A stretch of 64,000 nt of DNA, taken from positions 1 through 64,000 of IMG/VR virus record IMGVR_UViG_3300021426_000086. One strand, written 5' to 3'. Below the pieces are notes generated by a model. It ran no database searches. It was given only the letters and a program-made list of their open reading frames with translations, and was not told the origin of the DNA. A program made the position numbers and the translations under genes. This document shows positions 21,680 through 32,320 of the stretch, piece after piece (positions within the stretch are counted from its first letter, which is position 1; every line of letters starts with the position of its first letter). Origin of the DNA: a virus. Lineage: Duplodnaviria > Caudoviricetes.

Positions 21680-22861
21680 TTACGATTGAGTCTGTGCCTG
21701 TACGTAGCCACGTATGCCTCCGCTGGTGCTCTGACCACCTGCGGTCAGGGCTGCAAGAGCAAACGGAACGGTGATGGTGGCCTTACCGTTGTTCACGGTC
21801 ATGGCGCGATAGCCATTAGCATCGGCTGCTGCCTGGCTGCCGTAATCAGCCGAACTTAAATCCTGCATTAGCGTCTGCTTATTGCTATCCACAAGCAATA
21901 CCTTCCACGAGCTGAAGCTGGTATCTACGTTGCTTGCCGATGGATTTCCTGCATCGCCCACCCAGATAGTAAAGGTAACACTCTCGCCCTGGCGCAAGCT
22001 GGCGCTCTTGCCGTTAGCACCGTTATAAGCAAAGTACATCTCCTGTGGGTCCTGAGTATCGTCAACCTCCAGATAGTCGGTGCTCACCAGCGTATCTACG
22101 TTAGTGCCGCTGCCATTATCCTTTGGCATGTAGAACTCGCACTTTACGATGGCATAGTCGTACACATCCTGCTCGGTAACGGTAAGTGTGTTGGTAGCGC
22201 CCTTGGCCACCTTCTCGGTGTCGTTTATCAGCCAGCGATACTTCACGCCGTTCTGAGCGTTGGTCATCTCGTTGCCGCTACTGTCGTACAGGCGTGCCAC
22301 CAGTCCTACGGTATCGGTAGGGCTACTGATGTCCTTATCAACTGTGCCCGAGGCCAGATAAATCATACCTACATAACCACCCTTGATAAGTTCGGTAATG
22401 GTAACATTAATGCTGGCCTGGAAAGGAATAGCGTTTGTGGCCAGGGTTTTCTGACCCTCAAAGCTGATAACGTCGATATCTACGTTGTTGCTGCTGGCCA
22501 CGTTCTTAACTATCTTGATAGCGGGCACGTACTGGCCGCTCTGATACATCTCGGGTGTGTAGTTAGTTATCTTCTCGAATGTACCTGCTGGCAGATCGCC
22601 ACACGCCAGGCTCTTGCCTGCGTCGTCCCACTGTATCTCGGTGCCGTTGTAACGCCACTTATAGGTAGAGTCGGGCAATATCCAGCTGGCGCCGTTCTGC
22701 AATACTATATACACCGTGGGCTGACTAACGCCGCCTGCCCAGTTAGGCACACACGTACCGTCGCTATAAGCCTGAGCCAGCGGCTGTGTGCTGCGTATCT
22801 CGCCGCGAAGCATCGAGCCATCCTCGATTACTTGTACGAAAAATGAGTTACTGATAATCAT
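21680..22861 (-). CDS. Tail structural protein
   Basis: 393 aa beta-rich ORF in the tail operon. Confidence 0.5.
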   Translation of the reverse strand: MIISNSFFVQVIEDGSMLRGEIRSTQPLAQAYSDGTCVPNWAGGVSQPTVYIVLQNGASWILPDSTYKWRYNGTEIQWDDAGKSLACGDLPAGTFEKITNYTPEMYQSGQYVPAIKIVKNVASSNNVDIDVISFEGQKTLATNAIPFQASINVTITELIKGGYVGMIYLASGTVDKDISSPTDTVGLVARLYDSSGNEMTNAQNGVKYRWLINDTEKVAKGATNTLTVTEQDVYDYAIVKCEFYMPKDNGSGTNVDTLVSTDYLEVDDTQDPQEMYFAYNGANGKSASLRQGESVTFTIWVGDAGNPSASNVDTSFSSWKVLLVDSNKQTLMQDLSSADYGSQAAADANGYRAMTVNNGKATITVPFALAALTAGGQSTSGGIRGYVQAQTQS

Positions 22862-22875
22862 AGCTGTATCTGTTT

Positions 22876-23115
22876 TTATTGTTTGTTAATCGGTTCCAGT
22901 CGGTAGCCGCCTTGGGCTATCAGGGTTAATGCATCGTTACGATCCACCTGCTCTACCTGAGCCTGCTCGCCATCCGACATTTGCACACGGCGCAACAGAC
23001 GCGAATCAACCACCCATCGCCCGTCGGCTGTGCGATAGGCGCTGCCACCAATACGTGAAGCTATCACGGTGGGCACTATGCAGTAAGACAAATTAAACAT
23101 GGAAACATTAAACAT
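22876..23115 (-). CDS. Hypothetical protein
   Basis: Small ORF; start lies inside a heptamer repeat so the N-terminus is uncertain. Confidence 0.45.
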   Translation of the reverse strand: MFNVSMFNLSYCIVPTVIASRIGGSAYRTADGRWVVDSRLLRRVQMSDGEQAQVEQVDRNDALTLIAQGGYRLEPINKQ

Positions 23116-23128
23116 TAAAGATTAAACA

Positions 23129-24334
23129 TTAAAATCTACATATCACTACTTTGCCGTCTTGCACTACTACGGCTGAGCCTTGCTTTACTACCTTGTAGGC
23201 GCCCAGTAGTTCAAGCTCGCTATATACCAGCGATGACTCTTGGGCGTGTATCTTTGCACCCTCCAACTCCATCTGTGGGCCTGTGCCCAGAGTGGTTACA
23301 GCATCGGTAGGTGTGCTGCCACCTGTAGTGCGGCTGGCGGGGCGGAACTTCCATGTTTGCAGAAAGTTTGCGTTTACCACGCTGGCATCGAGTGTGCGGT
23401 TGCGCAGGGTTACTATGTTGCGGAACGTCTTGCTGGCGGTGTCCTGCTTAATGGCTCCGCCGTCGATGGCCTCGGTGGTTACGTCGGCACGTATATTGTT
23501 GTCCCATGTCAGTGAGCGCAGAGCCTTGTCGGGGTACAAGCGGTTGGTAGCCACATCCTGCACTCGGGCCACAATGGTAATCTGGTCGGCAAGCATGGCA
23601 TCGACCACCAACTGCGGTGTACCCTGACCACTAACATAGCATGGAAACTTAGCACATGGGCTGTCTGTGGCATCTATCAGCTGCTCGGTGGTTTCGCCAT
23701 TGCCTATAGCATACCACTTTACACGATACTTAGCACCTGCGGCTGTGGTGTCAATCACCTTGTCGCCCAAACGTACCGTAGCATTAAAGGTAAAGCGGCT
23801 GCTCGCGTCGATAAACGGATTGTAGAGCACCGTACCCTCCTGATTAATCTCGATGCTGGGCGATGTAACAGTGCTGTCGCGATTGGTCTGCAGCTGCACC
23901 TTATCTTTCACCTCATAAGTCTTACCAGCATTACGCGGGTCAACGTATATGGCGCGGCACAGAATGTTGACGGGCGATGATTCGTTCACATTCTTCTTTA
24001 CCGTCAGGTCGCCGTTGCTGCGCACCACATAGTCCACATCGCCCTCCTCGGTATTGGTAATCTCGGTGTCGTAGTTACCCGTAGCGGTGTTAAGCAGATA
24101 CCAGCGCACTGAGTAGAACGATGGTGTGTAGGTGGCGTGAGTCTCGGGGTCGAAAACACTGAGCATGGGGCGCAATGTGAGCGGTGTGATGGCACGGTCG
24201 GGCATATACTGTCCCGTCTGGTCGTAGTGCCACTGCTGCAGGGTGTCGCTGGCCTCTATGTAGAAGCTCTCGGTAAATGGCGGCAGCAACACATCCATCA
24301 CCATTGGGCGGCTTATTCCAATCTTTTTTGCCAT
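23129..24334 (-). CDS. Tail structural protein
   Basis: 401 aa beta-rich ORF in the tail operon. Confidence 0.5.
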   Translation of the reverse strand: MAKKIGISRPMVMDVLLPPFTESFYIEASDTLQQWHYDQTGQYMPDRAITPLTLRPMLSVFDPETHATYTPSFYSVRWYLLNTATGNYDTEITNTEEGDVDYVVRSNGDLTVKKNVNESSPVNILCRAIYVDPRNAGKTYEVKDKVQLQTNRDSTVTSPSIEINQEGTVLYNPFIDASSRFTFNATVRLGDKVIDTTAAGAKYRVKWYAIGNGETTEQLIDATDSPCAKFPCYVSGQGTPQLVVDAMLADQITIVARVQDVATNRLYPDKALRSLTWDNNIRADVTTEAIDGGAIKQDTASKTFRNIVTLRNRTLDASVVNANFLQTWKFRPASRTTGGSTPTDAVTTLGTGPQMELEGAKIHAQESSLVYSELELLGAYKVVKQGSAVVVQDGKVVICRF

Positions 24335-24337
24335 ATC

Positions 24338-26758
24338 TTATGCTATTATCTGATTCTGAATTATAAGCTGCTCGCTGCCATCCTGTACGGTGGCGCTGCA
24401 GGTAAAGATGGCCTTGTTGCTACGGCTCCAGGCGGTTGGCATATCGTCGTTGCCCAGATTCAGCACGTTGGTGCCTTGGTGGGCGGGCATAGCGTCCCAG
24501 GCTTGGTCGGCCTCGGTCTTGCCACTCTCCGATGAGCGCGTCCAACCAAATGCAGCGGCGCCTACGGTGGCGGTAACATCCTCGTCGCCCCAATATAGAT
24601 GGGCAGTAACCACGGTGCTAACATGGCCTTGATAGAAGGCATCGCCATTTGTCGAGGCAAATCCCATGGTCCACAGCATGTAGCCGCTTATAACCTTCCA
24701 CTTGGTGCAACCGTACTTAGGCTCTTGGGCGGTGCCGTCCTCAAGGCACTCCCACAGTTTATTGTTATTCCACACGCGGCTCACCTCAAGATCAACCTCT
24801 TCGCGCCACTCCTCATACATCTTCAGCAGCAGCTGCTTGTCGCTCATACTGCCGTAGTGGGCGGTATCGAGTCGGTAAGTCAACCACTGGTTCATAGTAA
24901 ACGTGCGATAGTGGTAGCCATCGGCTATGGTGTCGCCAGTAGCATAAGTGCCGGCATAACCATTGATTATCGGCAACTGCGCAGCGTAGTCGGCCAGCTC
25001 AGGGTCGGTGGCATCAAGTGTGCCATCGGGGGTGTAGGTGCCGCTGTAAACACCATCGTAAGTACTGGTCGGGTTGGCGCTCCACTGCCCGCGATCCACC
25101 TTCTCTACCTTAGCGGGGTAGTTGGCACGCGCCTGATGGTCGTAGAAAATTGTGTTGACGTAGAGCGACGGCATTTCGCGATTGCGCCAGTCTGGAAGGT
25201 TGGCCAGCTCGGGCAGTATGCCCAGGCACAGCGCGTACATATCATCAAGAATGATGGGCTGATCTACTCGCCAGAAGAATGTAAGTCGCTTATCGGTGGT
25301 GCTGAGCACCCAAGCCTGCTGGCGACCCAACTGGCTCTGGTGTATATGCTCATCGTACTGACCTGTATCAGGATTGATGCCATCGGCCACGTTACCATGG
25401 CGGGTAACGGTAAGCATAGTGTCGTAACCATCAGGACCCACGGTGGCAGCCTCTTGCTGCATGGGTGTGCCCACATCGGTGGTAATCTGTGTGCCGTAAG
25501 GACTGAAGTTGCTACCACCAGGAACGATTGGCTCGTAGATGGGTTGGTGCTGCTCGTCGTAACCACTGATGCGACGGCCTTGATACAGTGCCACGCGCAG
25601 CACGTTCTCGGTAAGATCAACGCTCTTTACACGCATCCACGTCTTAAAGTAGCTGCCGTTGGCCGTTGGAGTATGGCCGTCGGGCACTGCGCTGCCGCGA
25701 GGCAACAGGTCGTTCTTTATACCATAGATAATGTCGCCGGGGTAGAAGGGGGTATAGTCGTTGTCGTGGTCTTTGTGCATGTGCAGCACTAAGGTCTGTC
25801 CGTCGTCCTCATAGTCCACGTGGTCCACGGTGTCGCCCTCGGTAAAGCTATAGTCGCTCTCCATCAGCTGCAAGCGGTTGATGATAAGCTCCATCACTCG
25901 TATAAAACCGCGCACGTTCATGCCGTCGGTCTCAATCAGTCCCTCAAGCGCGTCCATCCAGATGCCCTTACCATCGGTAAAGCCACGGCGGGCACCGAGC
26001 GACTTCAGGACCTTCTCGAATGTTATATCATCCTTAAACGTTATCTTGCCCTGGGCTATATCGTCCTTAACCTTGCTGAGAAAAAATTTGCTAACATAGT
26101 TTGGCGTGGCCACCATCTTGTCGCTATCCACTGGCACTGCCAGGGCGCTGGTAGCTACGTCGATAAGTTCCTTGTTGTTAAGTATGAAGTTGATAAACGA
26201 GGCATCGCCCACCTTCATCTTAATCTGCTTAAGGAAGGTCACAATGTCGTCCTCCTTTGAATACGAGTACCAGTCGGTCTCGGTGACGTCCATTATGTCC
26301 TCGTAGGTACCCAGACTACCCGAGTCCATCAGCTGTATAAAGTGGCGCTGTGCTGGGTTCTGGTTGTCGGGCTCGCTGATTATGCCCTGCAGCCAGATGT
26401 AGTAGTAATCCTCAGAGCCTATCTGCTGCTCATTCTCGTTCACGCCGTATATGTCGAGCAGTTCTGATGGATAAACCACCATGGCCTGCACGCCCACATC
26501 GGCGCTGCGGGGGATGGCTACGTAGATGTACTTCTCTGAGTTATTGTTGAAATATGTTGGACTGACTGCCAGCGACCATCGGCGGGGATTGCGACCATTG
26601 TCAAGGTCAAGGCCCTCTATACCCTCTATATAGCACGATACCACCGCATTGCTGGGCACACTGACCTGCACGCGGTTGGCATTGCCCAGGGCATTAAGCG
26701 TAATATTAACAGCCCCTGGCGCTATCCAGTATTGATTAGTCTTAGCATATATGCTCAT
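24338..26758 (-). CDS. Large tail protein
   Basis: 806 aa; DGMNVRGFIRVMELIINRL segment and Ig-like C-terminus typical of Bacteroidales phage tail proteins. Confidence 0.55.
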   Translation of the reverse strand: MSIYAKTNQYWIAPGAVNITLNALGNANRVQVSVPSNAVVSCYIEGIEGLDLDNGRNPRRWSLAVSPTYFNNNSEKYIYVAIPRSADVGVQAMVVYPSELLDIYGVNENEQQIGSEDYYYIWLQGIISEPDNQNPAQRHFIQLMDSGSLGTYEDIMDVTETDWYSYSKEDDIVTFLKQIKMKVGDASFINFILNNKELIDVATSALAVPVDSDKMVATPNYVSKFFLSKVKDDIAQGKITFKDDITFEKVLKSLGARRGFTDGKGIWMDALEGLIETDGMNVRGFIRVMELIINRLQLMESDYSFTEGDTVDHVDYEDDGQTLVLHMHKDHDNDYTPFYPGDIIYGIKNDLLPRGSAVPDGHTPTANGSYFKTWMRVKSVDLTENVLRVALYQGRRISGYDEQHQPIYEPIVPGGSNFSPYGTQITTDVGTPMQQEAATVGPDGYDTMLTVTRHGNVADGINPDTGQYDEHIHQSQLGRQQAWVLSTTDKRLTFFWRVDQPIILDDMYALCLGILPELANLPDWRNREMPSLYVNTIFYDHQARANYPAKVEKVDRGQWSANPTSTYDGVYSGTYTPDGTLDATDPELADYAAQLPIINGYAGTYATGDTIADGYHYRTFTMNQWLTYRLDTAHYGSMSDKQLLLKMYEEWREEVDLEVSRVWNNNKLWECLEDGTAQEPKYGCTKWKVISGYMLWTMGFASTNGDAFYQGHVSTVVTAHLYWGDEDVTATVGAAAFGWTRSSESGKTEADQAWDAMPAHQGTNVLNLGNDDMPTAWSRSNKAIFTCSATVQDGSEQLIIQNQIIA

Positions 26759-26815
26759 ATCATTTTCTTTTTTCTATGGGCAAAGATACTGCAAGCCGCC
26801 GATATGTGGCTGACA

Positions 26816-27925
26816 TTACACGGCGCCATCTACGTCCATCTGCACCGTCAGTTGCACTTCTATCATCTCGGGTTTGCTCTTGTCGCGCAGCTGGGTGGTC
26901 TCTTCGGGCAGCACGTGGCAGGGCAGCCACATCTGGCCTCGGTGCAGCCACATCACCTGTGCCATCAGTACCTCGTGGATGTAGAACTCGGCCCAGGCTT
27001 CGTCAAGCGGACCGCTCGATAGCGTCCACGTTTCGTAATCAGCGTGCTTGCGGGTGGTGGCGCGGCTGAACTTCTTGAAGGTTTCCTGTCGCGATATCAC
27101 GTACTTATCGGTCTGGATATTCACCACACGCTTTGGCAGGCACTGCAGGTGCAGGCTCTCCATACAGCCCTTGCTGCTTATGAATCGCAACTCGGCAGCA
27201 TCGGCTGGCTTAGGTATCACGTAGATGTTGCGCCCGCCAACCACCATAGCACCCGTGGCCTGCGGTGTAAACTGGTCAGATCGTGGCCCGTTCTGCGGCG
27301 CATTGCTCACAAACTCTGGGTCGGGGTCGTCGCTCATATAGTCGCACTCCAGCCCGCGACTGAAATCTACGGGATAAACCATCGTGGTGTTCTGATGCAC
27401 CACCTCTACACCCGATGCAGGCTTGCAGGTCATTACCGATAGCTGCTGCGTATCTTCGCCCGTAGCCTGCAGTCGCTCCAGGTCGGTAAATCGGCCAAGG
27501 AAGGCATAGTAGTAGAAGTAGAGCGTACCCTGGTCGCCCTGCATGCTGCCTGGGTGATACACACGACCTTGGTTCTCATACAGTCGCCCATCAATCATCC
27601 AGTCGTCGGCAGCCTCCAGTCGGAATTTCACGTAGGGGTACTGCGATGGTGGTGCTACATCATACACGTAGCGGTCGGCCACGGCACGCAGTGCGCTCGA
27701 TATGTCGAACTGCGCCACTGTGGTGGTGGCATCTACTGCAGTCGAGAATTTAAACTCCAGATCGTCCTCGTCGCTATCGCCGCCGGGGATAATCAATCGG
27801 GCATACACCATCAGCTGTGTGCGATGGAAATTGTATATCGACTTGTGCGTGCTGGGTGTTACGTTGAACACCAGTGGACTGCCTATCAGCGGCGAACCAC
27901 TCAGGAACTCTATCTTCTTAGCCAT
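26816..27925 (-). CDS. Probable distal tail-type protein
   Basis: 369 aa ORF paired with 27940-30744. Confidence 0.4.
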   Translation of the reverse strand: MAKKIEFLSGSPLIGSPLVFNVTPSTHKSIYNFHRTQLMVYARLIIPGGDSDEDDLEFKFSTAVDATTTVAQFDISSALRAVADRYVYDVAPPSQYPYVKFRLEAADDWMIDGRLYENQGRVYHPGSMQGDQGTLYFYYYAFLGRFTDLERLQATGEDTQQLSVMTCKPASGVEVVHQNTTMVYPVDFSRGLECDYMSDDPDPEFVSNAPQNGPRSDQFTPQATGAMVVGGRNIYVIPKPADAAELRFISSKGCMESLHLQCLPKRVVNIQTDKYVISRQETFKKFSRATTRKHADYETWTLSSGPLDEAWAEFYIHEVLMAQVMWLHRGQMWLPCHVLPEETTQLRDKSKPEMIEVQLTVQMDVDGAV

Positions 27926-27939
27926 ATCTTATATAGTTT

Positions 27940-30744
27940 TTACATTGCAAAGAAATCTATCTTGGTTTTGCCCACACCCTTCTGCACATCTACGGCATAC
28001 TCTATGGTGTTGATAAAACCTATCTTACCGTCAATCTCCCACAGGCGCAGCCACTTGTTTGGAATGTCGGCCAGTTCGGCGGCGGTGCAAAGTGCTTCAA
28101 CCTCATAGCGCTGGCGATCAAGCAGGAAGCGGAAGAACTCGGCCATAAACGTGTCAGTGGTGCCGCGACTGCGAATGCGGGCGGCTATCGTTCCGTCGGC
28201 ATTGCGCACGTCGTCGTCGCAAGGTATCAGCCATGAATCGTCCCACTCCTTCGGATTGGTTGATATCTTGAGCTGCCCCGATACATATTTGTAGCGGAAG
28301 GGCTTGTAGGCGCAGGGCTTGAGCGAGAATGAACCTGCGGGCGATGTGCCCATAAATCGGCCACGCACATCGTATGAGTCAGCCGTTACGGCATAATCCT
28401 CAGCCGATATACCCCAACGACTATTGCCAAAGCCGTCGTAGTCCTCGTCGAACTCGTAAGGCTCTTCGCTGCCTGCTCCTGGGCGCAGTATGCCCACGGT
28501 CAGTCCCCACTCATGGCTCATCAGGGGCGATTGTCCGTCGTCTGTGCCCGTGGGATCGTAGTTCTCAAGCAGCTTCATGTTGTAGTTAAAGAACACCTCG
28601 CTGCGACCCACCACCATCACGTTCTGGACAATCATAGGCAGCAGCTCATGCTCCATATCTTCATCTACAAACGGGGCCAGCAGTATAGAGCCGTTCTGGT
28701 CGCGCTTTAGCACGTTGCAGATGATAGGTTCAAACTGGCTGCGATACTCGCGCACATAGTCGTCGTTCTCTTTCGAGCAGTCGCCTATCTCGGCACCCTT
28801 CAGTCCGCCCACCTCAAATAGCGATGGTTTCATCTCACCCACGGTCTTGGCGTCAGCATCTATCTTTATGCGGTAGGCGTTGCCGGTGGCCAGGTCAACG
28901 TAGCAGTTCATATTACCTATATCCACTAACTTTGTTATAGTGCTGTAAGGTGCCAGCAGGGTGCGGCCCTGCTGGTACTCCATGTAGTCGTAAGTGGTGT
29001 CGTAGTCCTTCTTCTGGTAGCGTATGTTGTCGCGCTGCTCCTGCAGATCGCTTTCGGCAGCATATCCGGCACGCACGCCAGTAATCTTCTCGGTGTGTTT
29101 TACCATCGAGAGCACTGTACCCTTCAGTTTCACGGGGGCTTGCTGCTGGCGGAACATGTCGCGCAGCAGGCGCACCGTCACCTTGTTTTGCTCTACATCA
29201 TAGCAGAATCGCACGCCAAAGGTGTTCTCAAGGCTCTCGATAACCTCCGATACGTTCACATCTGGGTAGTTATCGTTAGTGGCATACATCTCCTGCACAC
29301 ATGCCGAAACCTGCTGATTGCGCACGCTCGACACGCTGTAGGTGCGATCCAGATGGTAAGTCCATCCCTCGTAGCGGCACGGCCATTGGTTCCACGTTAC
29401 CAGCGGACCCACCGAGCCGTCATCGTTATCCATCTTGATATAGTACGATGGTGTGTAAGGCACGTTCTCAAGCACCACGGCATTGTCGCACGATTTCACC
29501 TCTTCTGCTGTAAGCGTAAGATACTTATGATAGTCGTCGCTCGACTGGTCGATGGTGTTAAGCAGCACCTCCTTGTCCAGGTTGTTATAGTCTATGCTTA
29601 GCTGTCCGCCACACCCGCGACTGCTCAACCATCGGTTTATATCCTCTATGTTGTCGAGCTCCAGTTGGGTGTTCTCGGTACTATACTTGCAGGCGGTGTT
29701 GAAAAAACACAGATAGTTAAAATCTTCGATATTGGTCAGGGCGCTCATATCGTAGGCCATGCCCAGGTCCTTAAACAGTCGCTCAAGGAAGTAGGCCACG
29801 TAGAAGCAGATGCCGCTGGCAGGGCGGTTGGCATCCAGCACCCAGTAAGGACCAAAGTTATGCTTGTCGTCGGGCGTGGCAGCGCCATTGGGCACCAGCG
29901 CATCGTCAGTCTCATACACCAGATTGCCGTCCTCGTCGGTTTCGCCGCTGTTCTTCTTGTCGTGGTGGGCGTAGCAGATGCGCGAGTTGCAGTAAGGCCA
30001 TCGCTTGCCGTGTTCGTCGCCAGCGCCGTAAGGTGTCTTGGTGTTGATATACAGCTCATCCACCTGCGGGGTAGTTATGTGCTGTCCGTCGATGGTAAGC
30101 GAGTCCTGACTGGGTACGGCCTCTATGCCGTCCTCCTTGGTTATGCACTTGGCGGGATAGCTAAAGCCCAGAGCGGGCGGTTGGAAAGTGCCGTCGATAA
30201 CCTCGGCCTTCTGCGTTATCTCGGTGGTGCCTATCTCGTGCGTCCACTGGTCAGATGGGTCTGATGGGTCGCCAGGCGATTGGCGGTCAACCTGTATGCG
30301 CTGTCGCCACACCGTCTCGTACTCCACGTGCAGACTCACGTCGCCTATCTTCTCGCCTATCAGTATGTCGTCATCCACCGATACGTCGCGGCAGCGCAAG
30401 TCTTGAATCATATCCTTAAAGGTGCGGTTGGTGGCATCCAGGTTCACGTCGATAGAGTCGGTCACTCGGGCATCCTCCTGCACCTTCAGTACGGCGCTGC
30501 GCATGGGCACACCGTCGATGACTATCTGCAGTCGCTCGCCCTCCATATCCACGGCACGCATCTTTGAGTTCACGTTCTCAAGGTTCTGCACCAGATGGCG
30601 GTTGCCATCCAGCGGCAATGGGAAGTCGTGGCTAAACATCTCCACGTCATTGAACATCGGGTTTTTCTCTGTTATCGTCACCGATGAGTCGGGCTTCATG
30701 GCCAGCGGCCCCGATTTACCGATTATAGCTAAATGACTGTGCAT
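27940..30744 (-). CDS. Large tail (baseplate hub-like) protein
   Basis: Likely ATG at 30744 (MHSHLAII); N-terminal ITITEKNPMFNDVEMFSHDFPLP pattern; promoter box at 30769-30776. Confidence 0.5.
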   Translation of the reverse strand: MHSHLAIIGKSGPLAMKPDSSVTITEKNPMFNDVEMFSHDFPLPLDGNRHLVQNLENVNSKMRAVDMEGERLQIVIDGVPMRSAVLKVQEDARVTDSIDVNLDATNRTFKDMIQDLRCRDVSVDDDILIGEKIGDVSLHVEYETVWRQRIQVDRQSPGDPSDPSDQWTHEIGTTEITQKAEVIDGTFQPPALGFSYPAKCITKEDGIEAVPSQDSLTIDGQHITTPQVDELYINTKTPYGAGDEHGKRWPYCNSRICYAHHDKKNSGETDEDGNLVYETDDALVPNGAATPDDKHNFGPYWVLDANRPASGICFYVAYFLERLFKDLGMAYDMSALTNIEDFNYLCFFNTACKYSTENTQLELDNIEDINRWLSSRGCGGQLSIDYNNLDKEVLLNTIDQSSDDYHKYLTLTAEEVKSCDNAVVLENVPYTPSYYIKMDNDDGSVGPLVTWNQWPCRYEGWTYHLDRTYSVSSVRNQQVSACVQEMYATNDNYPDVNVSEVIESLENTFGVRFCYDVEQNKVTVRLLRDMFRQQQAPVKLKGTVLSMVKHTEKITGVRAGYAAESDLQEQRDNIRYQKKDYDTTYDYMEYQQGRTLLAPYSTITKLVDIGNMNCYVDLATGNAYRIKIDADAKTVGEMKPSLFEVGGLKGAEIGDCSKENDDYVREYRSQFEPIICNVLKRDQNGSILLAPFVDEDMEHELLPMIVQNVMVVGRSEVFFNYNMKLLENYDPTGTDDGQSPLMSHEWGLTVGILRPGAGSEEPYEFDEDYDGFGNSRWGISAEDYAVTADSYDVRGRFMGTSPAGSFSLKPCAYKPFRYKYVSGQLKISTNPKEWDDSWLIPCDDDVRNADGTIAARIRSRGTTDTFMAEFFRFLLDRQRYEVEALCTAAELADIPNKWLRLWEIDGKIGFINTIEYAVDVQKGVGKTKIDFFAM

Positions 30745-30835
30745 ACTATATCTGTATTTTTGTTGATGCAAAGATAAGGTAAAGCCTCGTAGTTAGGCAG
30801 ACATTGCGGGACACGCGATGTTTTCTTTTCGGCAA

Positions 30836-31381
30836 CTACTTGCGGCGCAGGGTTACTTCCCAGCCCATCTGCTCGATGCGGGCTACAAGCCAGTTTAGGT
30901 CGTTACGATGCTCGTAGCACTCGTCGCGCTCGGCTTCCATCAGCTCAACTATATGGTTTTCCAACTCACGCTGTTCGTCCTCCAGCTTTCGTTGACGGCG
31001 GCGACGATTACGGGCTTGTATCAGCCGGCGTATCTTTTTGATATTCTCAGCCACACGCTGCTCGTCAGGGTTGGTAGTGCCTGCAGGTGGCATCAACTTA
31101 TTTAGTGCGCTTACACTAAGCAGTGGGTAGGTATCGGCAAACATCCGTAACTTTTCCTTATCTGCTTTTAAGGTTATTGCATAATAATAGTAATAGCACT
31201 GTTCACCCTGTTTCCATGTTTCGGGTGCGGCACTGAATGTAATCAGTATGCCGTCGCATACACCCTGCTCTAAAAGCCACAGCACCTCTTTCTGTGTGGC
31301 TATCACAGAGCCTTCAGAGCGGCCATTCCTTCTTACATTCGTCCAAATGGCATCTTTCTTCTTTTTTATTTCTTCTGTCAT
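30836..31381 (-). CDS. Hypothetical protein
   Basis: 181 aa with a C-terminal coiled coil. Confidence 0.55.
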   Translation of the reverse strand: MTEEIKKKKDAIWTNVRRNGRSEGSVIATQKEVLWLLEQGVCDGILITFSAAPETWKQGEQCYYYYYAITLKADKEKLRMFADTYPLLSVSALNKLMPPAGTTNPDEQRVAENIKKIRRLIQARNRRRRQRKLEDEQRELENHIVELMEAERDECYEHRNDLNWLVARIEQMGWEVTLRRK

Positions 31382-31392
31382 ATCGCCTACTT

Positions 31393-31662
31393 CTACTTTT
31401 TCAAATACTCCTTTTCAGCAGTGTTTAGGGCGGTTTGTATCAAATCTTCAAAGATTTGGACGCAGCCCTTCTTGTCGGCTGATTTGCGTAGCTCGTCGAG
31501 TGTGCGGTTGACAGAATAGCGCATGCCAAACTCTATGCCTGTCTTAACACCACGCCTCACACCAGCGATATATACTATCATCAGGAGTGCTAATACCGCA
31601 ATAGTCATCAGTACCACCACCCAAATATTCATCTGCAATAGCGCAATAGGTAATATACTCAT
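31393..31662 (-). CDS. Small membrane protein
   Basis: N-terminal TM helix. Confidence 0.5.
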   Translation of the reverse strand: MSILPIALLQMNIWVVVLMTIAVLALLMIVYIAGVRRGVKTGIEFGMRYSVNRTLDELRKSADKKGCVQIFEDLIQTALNTAEKEYLKK

Positions 31663-31726
31663 ATCATTCTTTTGTTAGGTTAAGCAAACCTGCCAGGGAC
31701 CTGTCCCCTGGCAGGGTGGGAAACTC

Positions 31727-32296
31727 TTAGAACGGCAGGTCGTCGGTGTCCTGCTGTGGAGGGAAGGGCTGCTCGGCGGTAGGCTGCCAACCTTGGGCAC
31801 CGCTGGCGGCGGTAGCGTTGGCGGGGGCTGCCTGCTGACCGCCACCCTGGCGCTGATGACAGTACATAGAGCCCAAACGACAGCGCACGGCATCGTACAT
31901 GGCATTGCGCAGGTCGGTGTTGTGCTCGGGATCCTCCAAGTCGGGGCCAGTCCACTCGGGATGCTCTGACAGCAGGCGCTTGCGTGCTGCCTCTAAAGCA
32001 CGCTGGCGAAACTCAGGCGAGAACGATACCTCCATCTGGTGCGATGGGGGAGTGTAGCCCGTCATATCGTCGCCACTCTGCTGCTTGCGCTGTATGCAAG
32101 CCTGACGGAACTTATCGTTGGTCTCGGCCATAAACACACGCGCCGAGGCGTACTTGCCATCCTGAGTAATCTGGATGTCGTTGTAAGGTACGGGTATGCA
32201 CACCCAAGCCATGTCGGGGTGCTTCTCATCGAGATGGGTAAACACTCGGGCTCCTTTAAAGCCCAAAAGATTCAATAATCCACTAAAATTTGCCAT
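31727..32296 (-). CDS. Possible single-stranded DNA-binding protein
   Basis: Q/G/A/P-rich linker ending in acidic DTDDLPF, inside the replication module. Confidence 0.5.
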   Translation of the reverse strand: MANFSGLLNLLGFKGARVFTHLDEKHPDMAWVCIPVPYNDIQITQDGKYASARVFMAETNDKFRQACIQRKQQSGDDMTGYTPPSHQMEVSFSPEFRQRALEAARKRLLSEHPEWTGPDLEDPEHNTDLRNAMYDAVRCRLGSMYCHQRQGGGQQAAPANATAASGAQGWQPTAEQPFPPQQDTDDLPF

Positions 32297-32320
32297 AGGT
32301 TATACATTAAACATTAAACA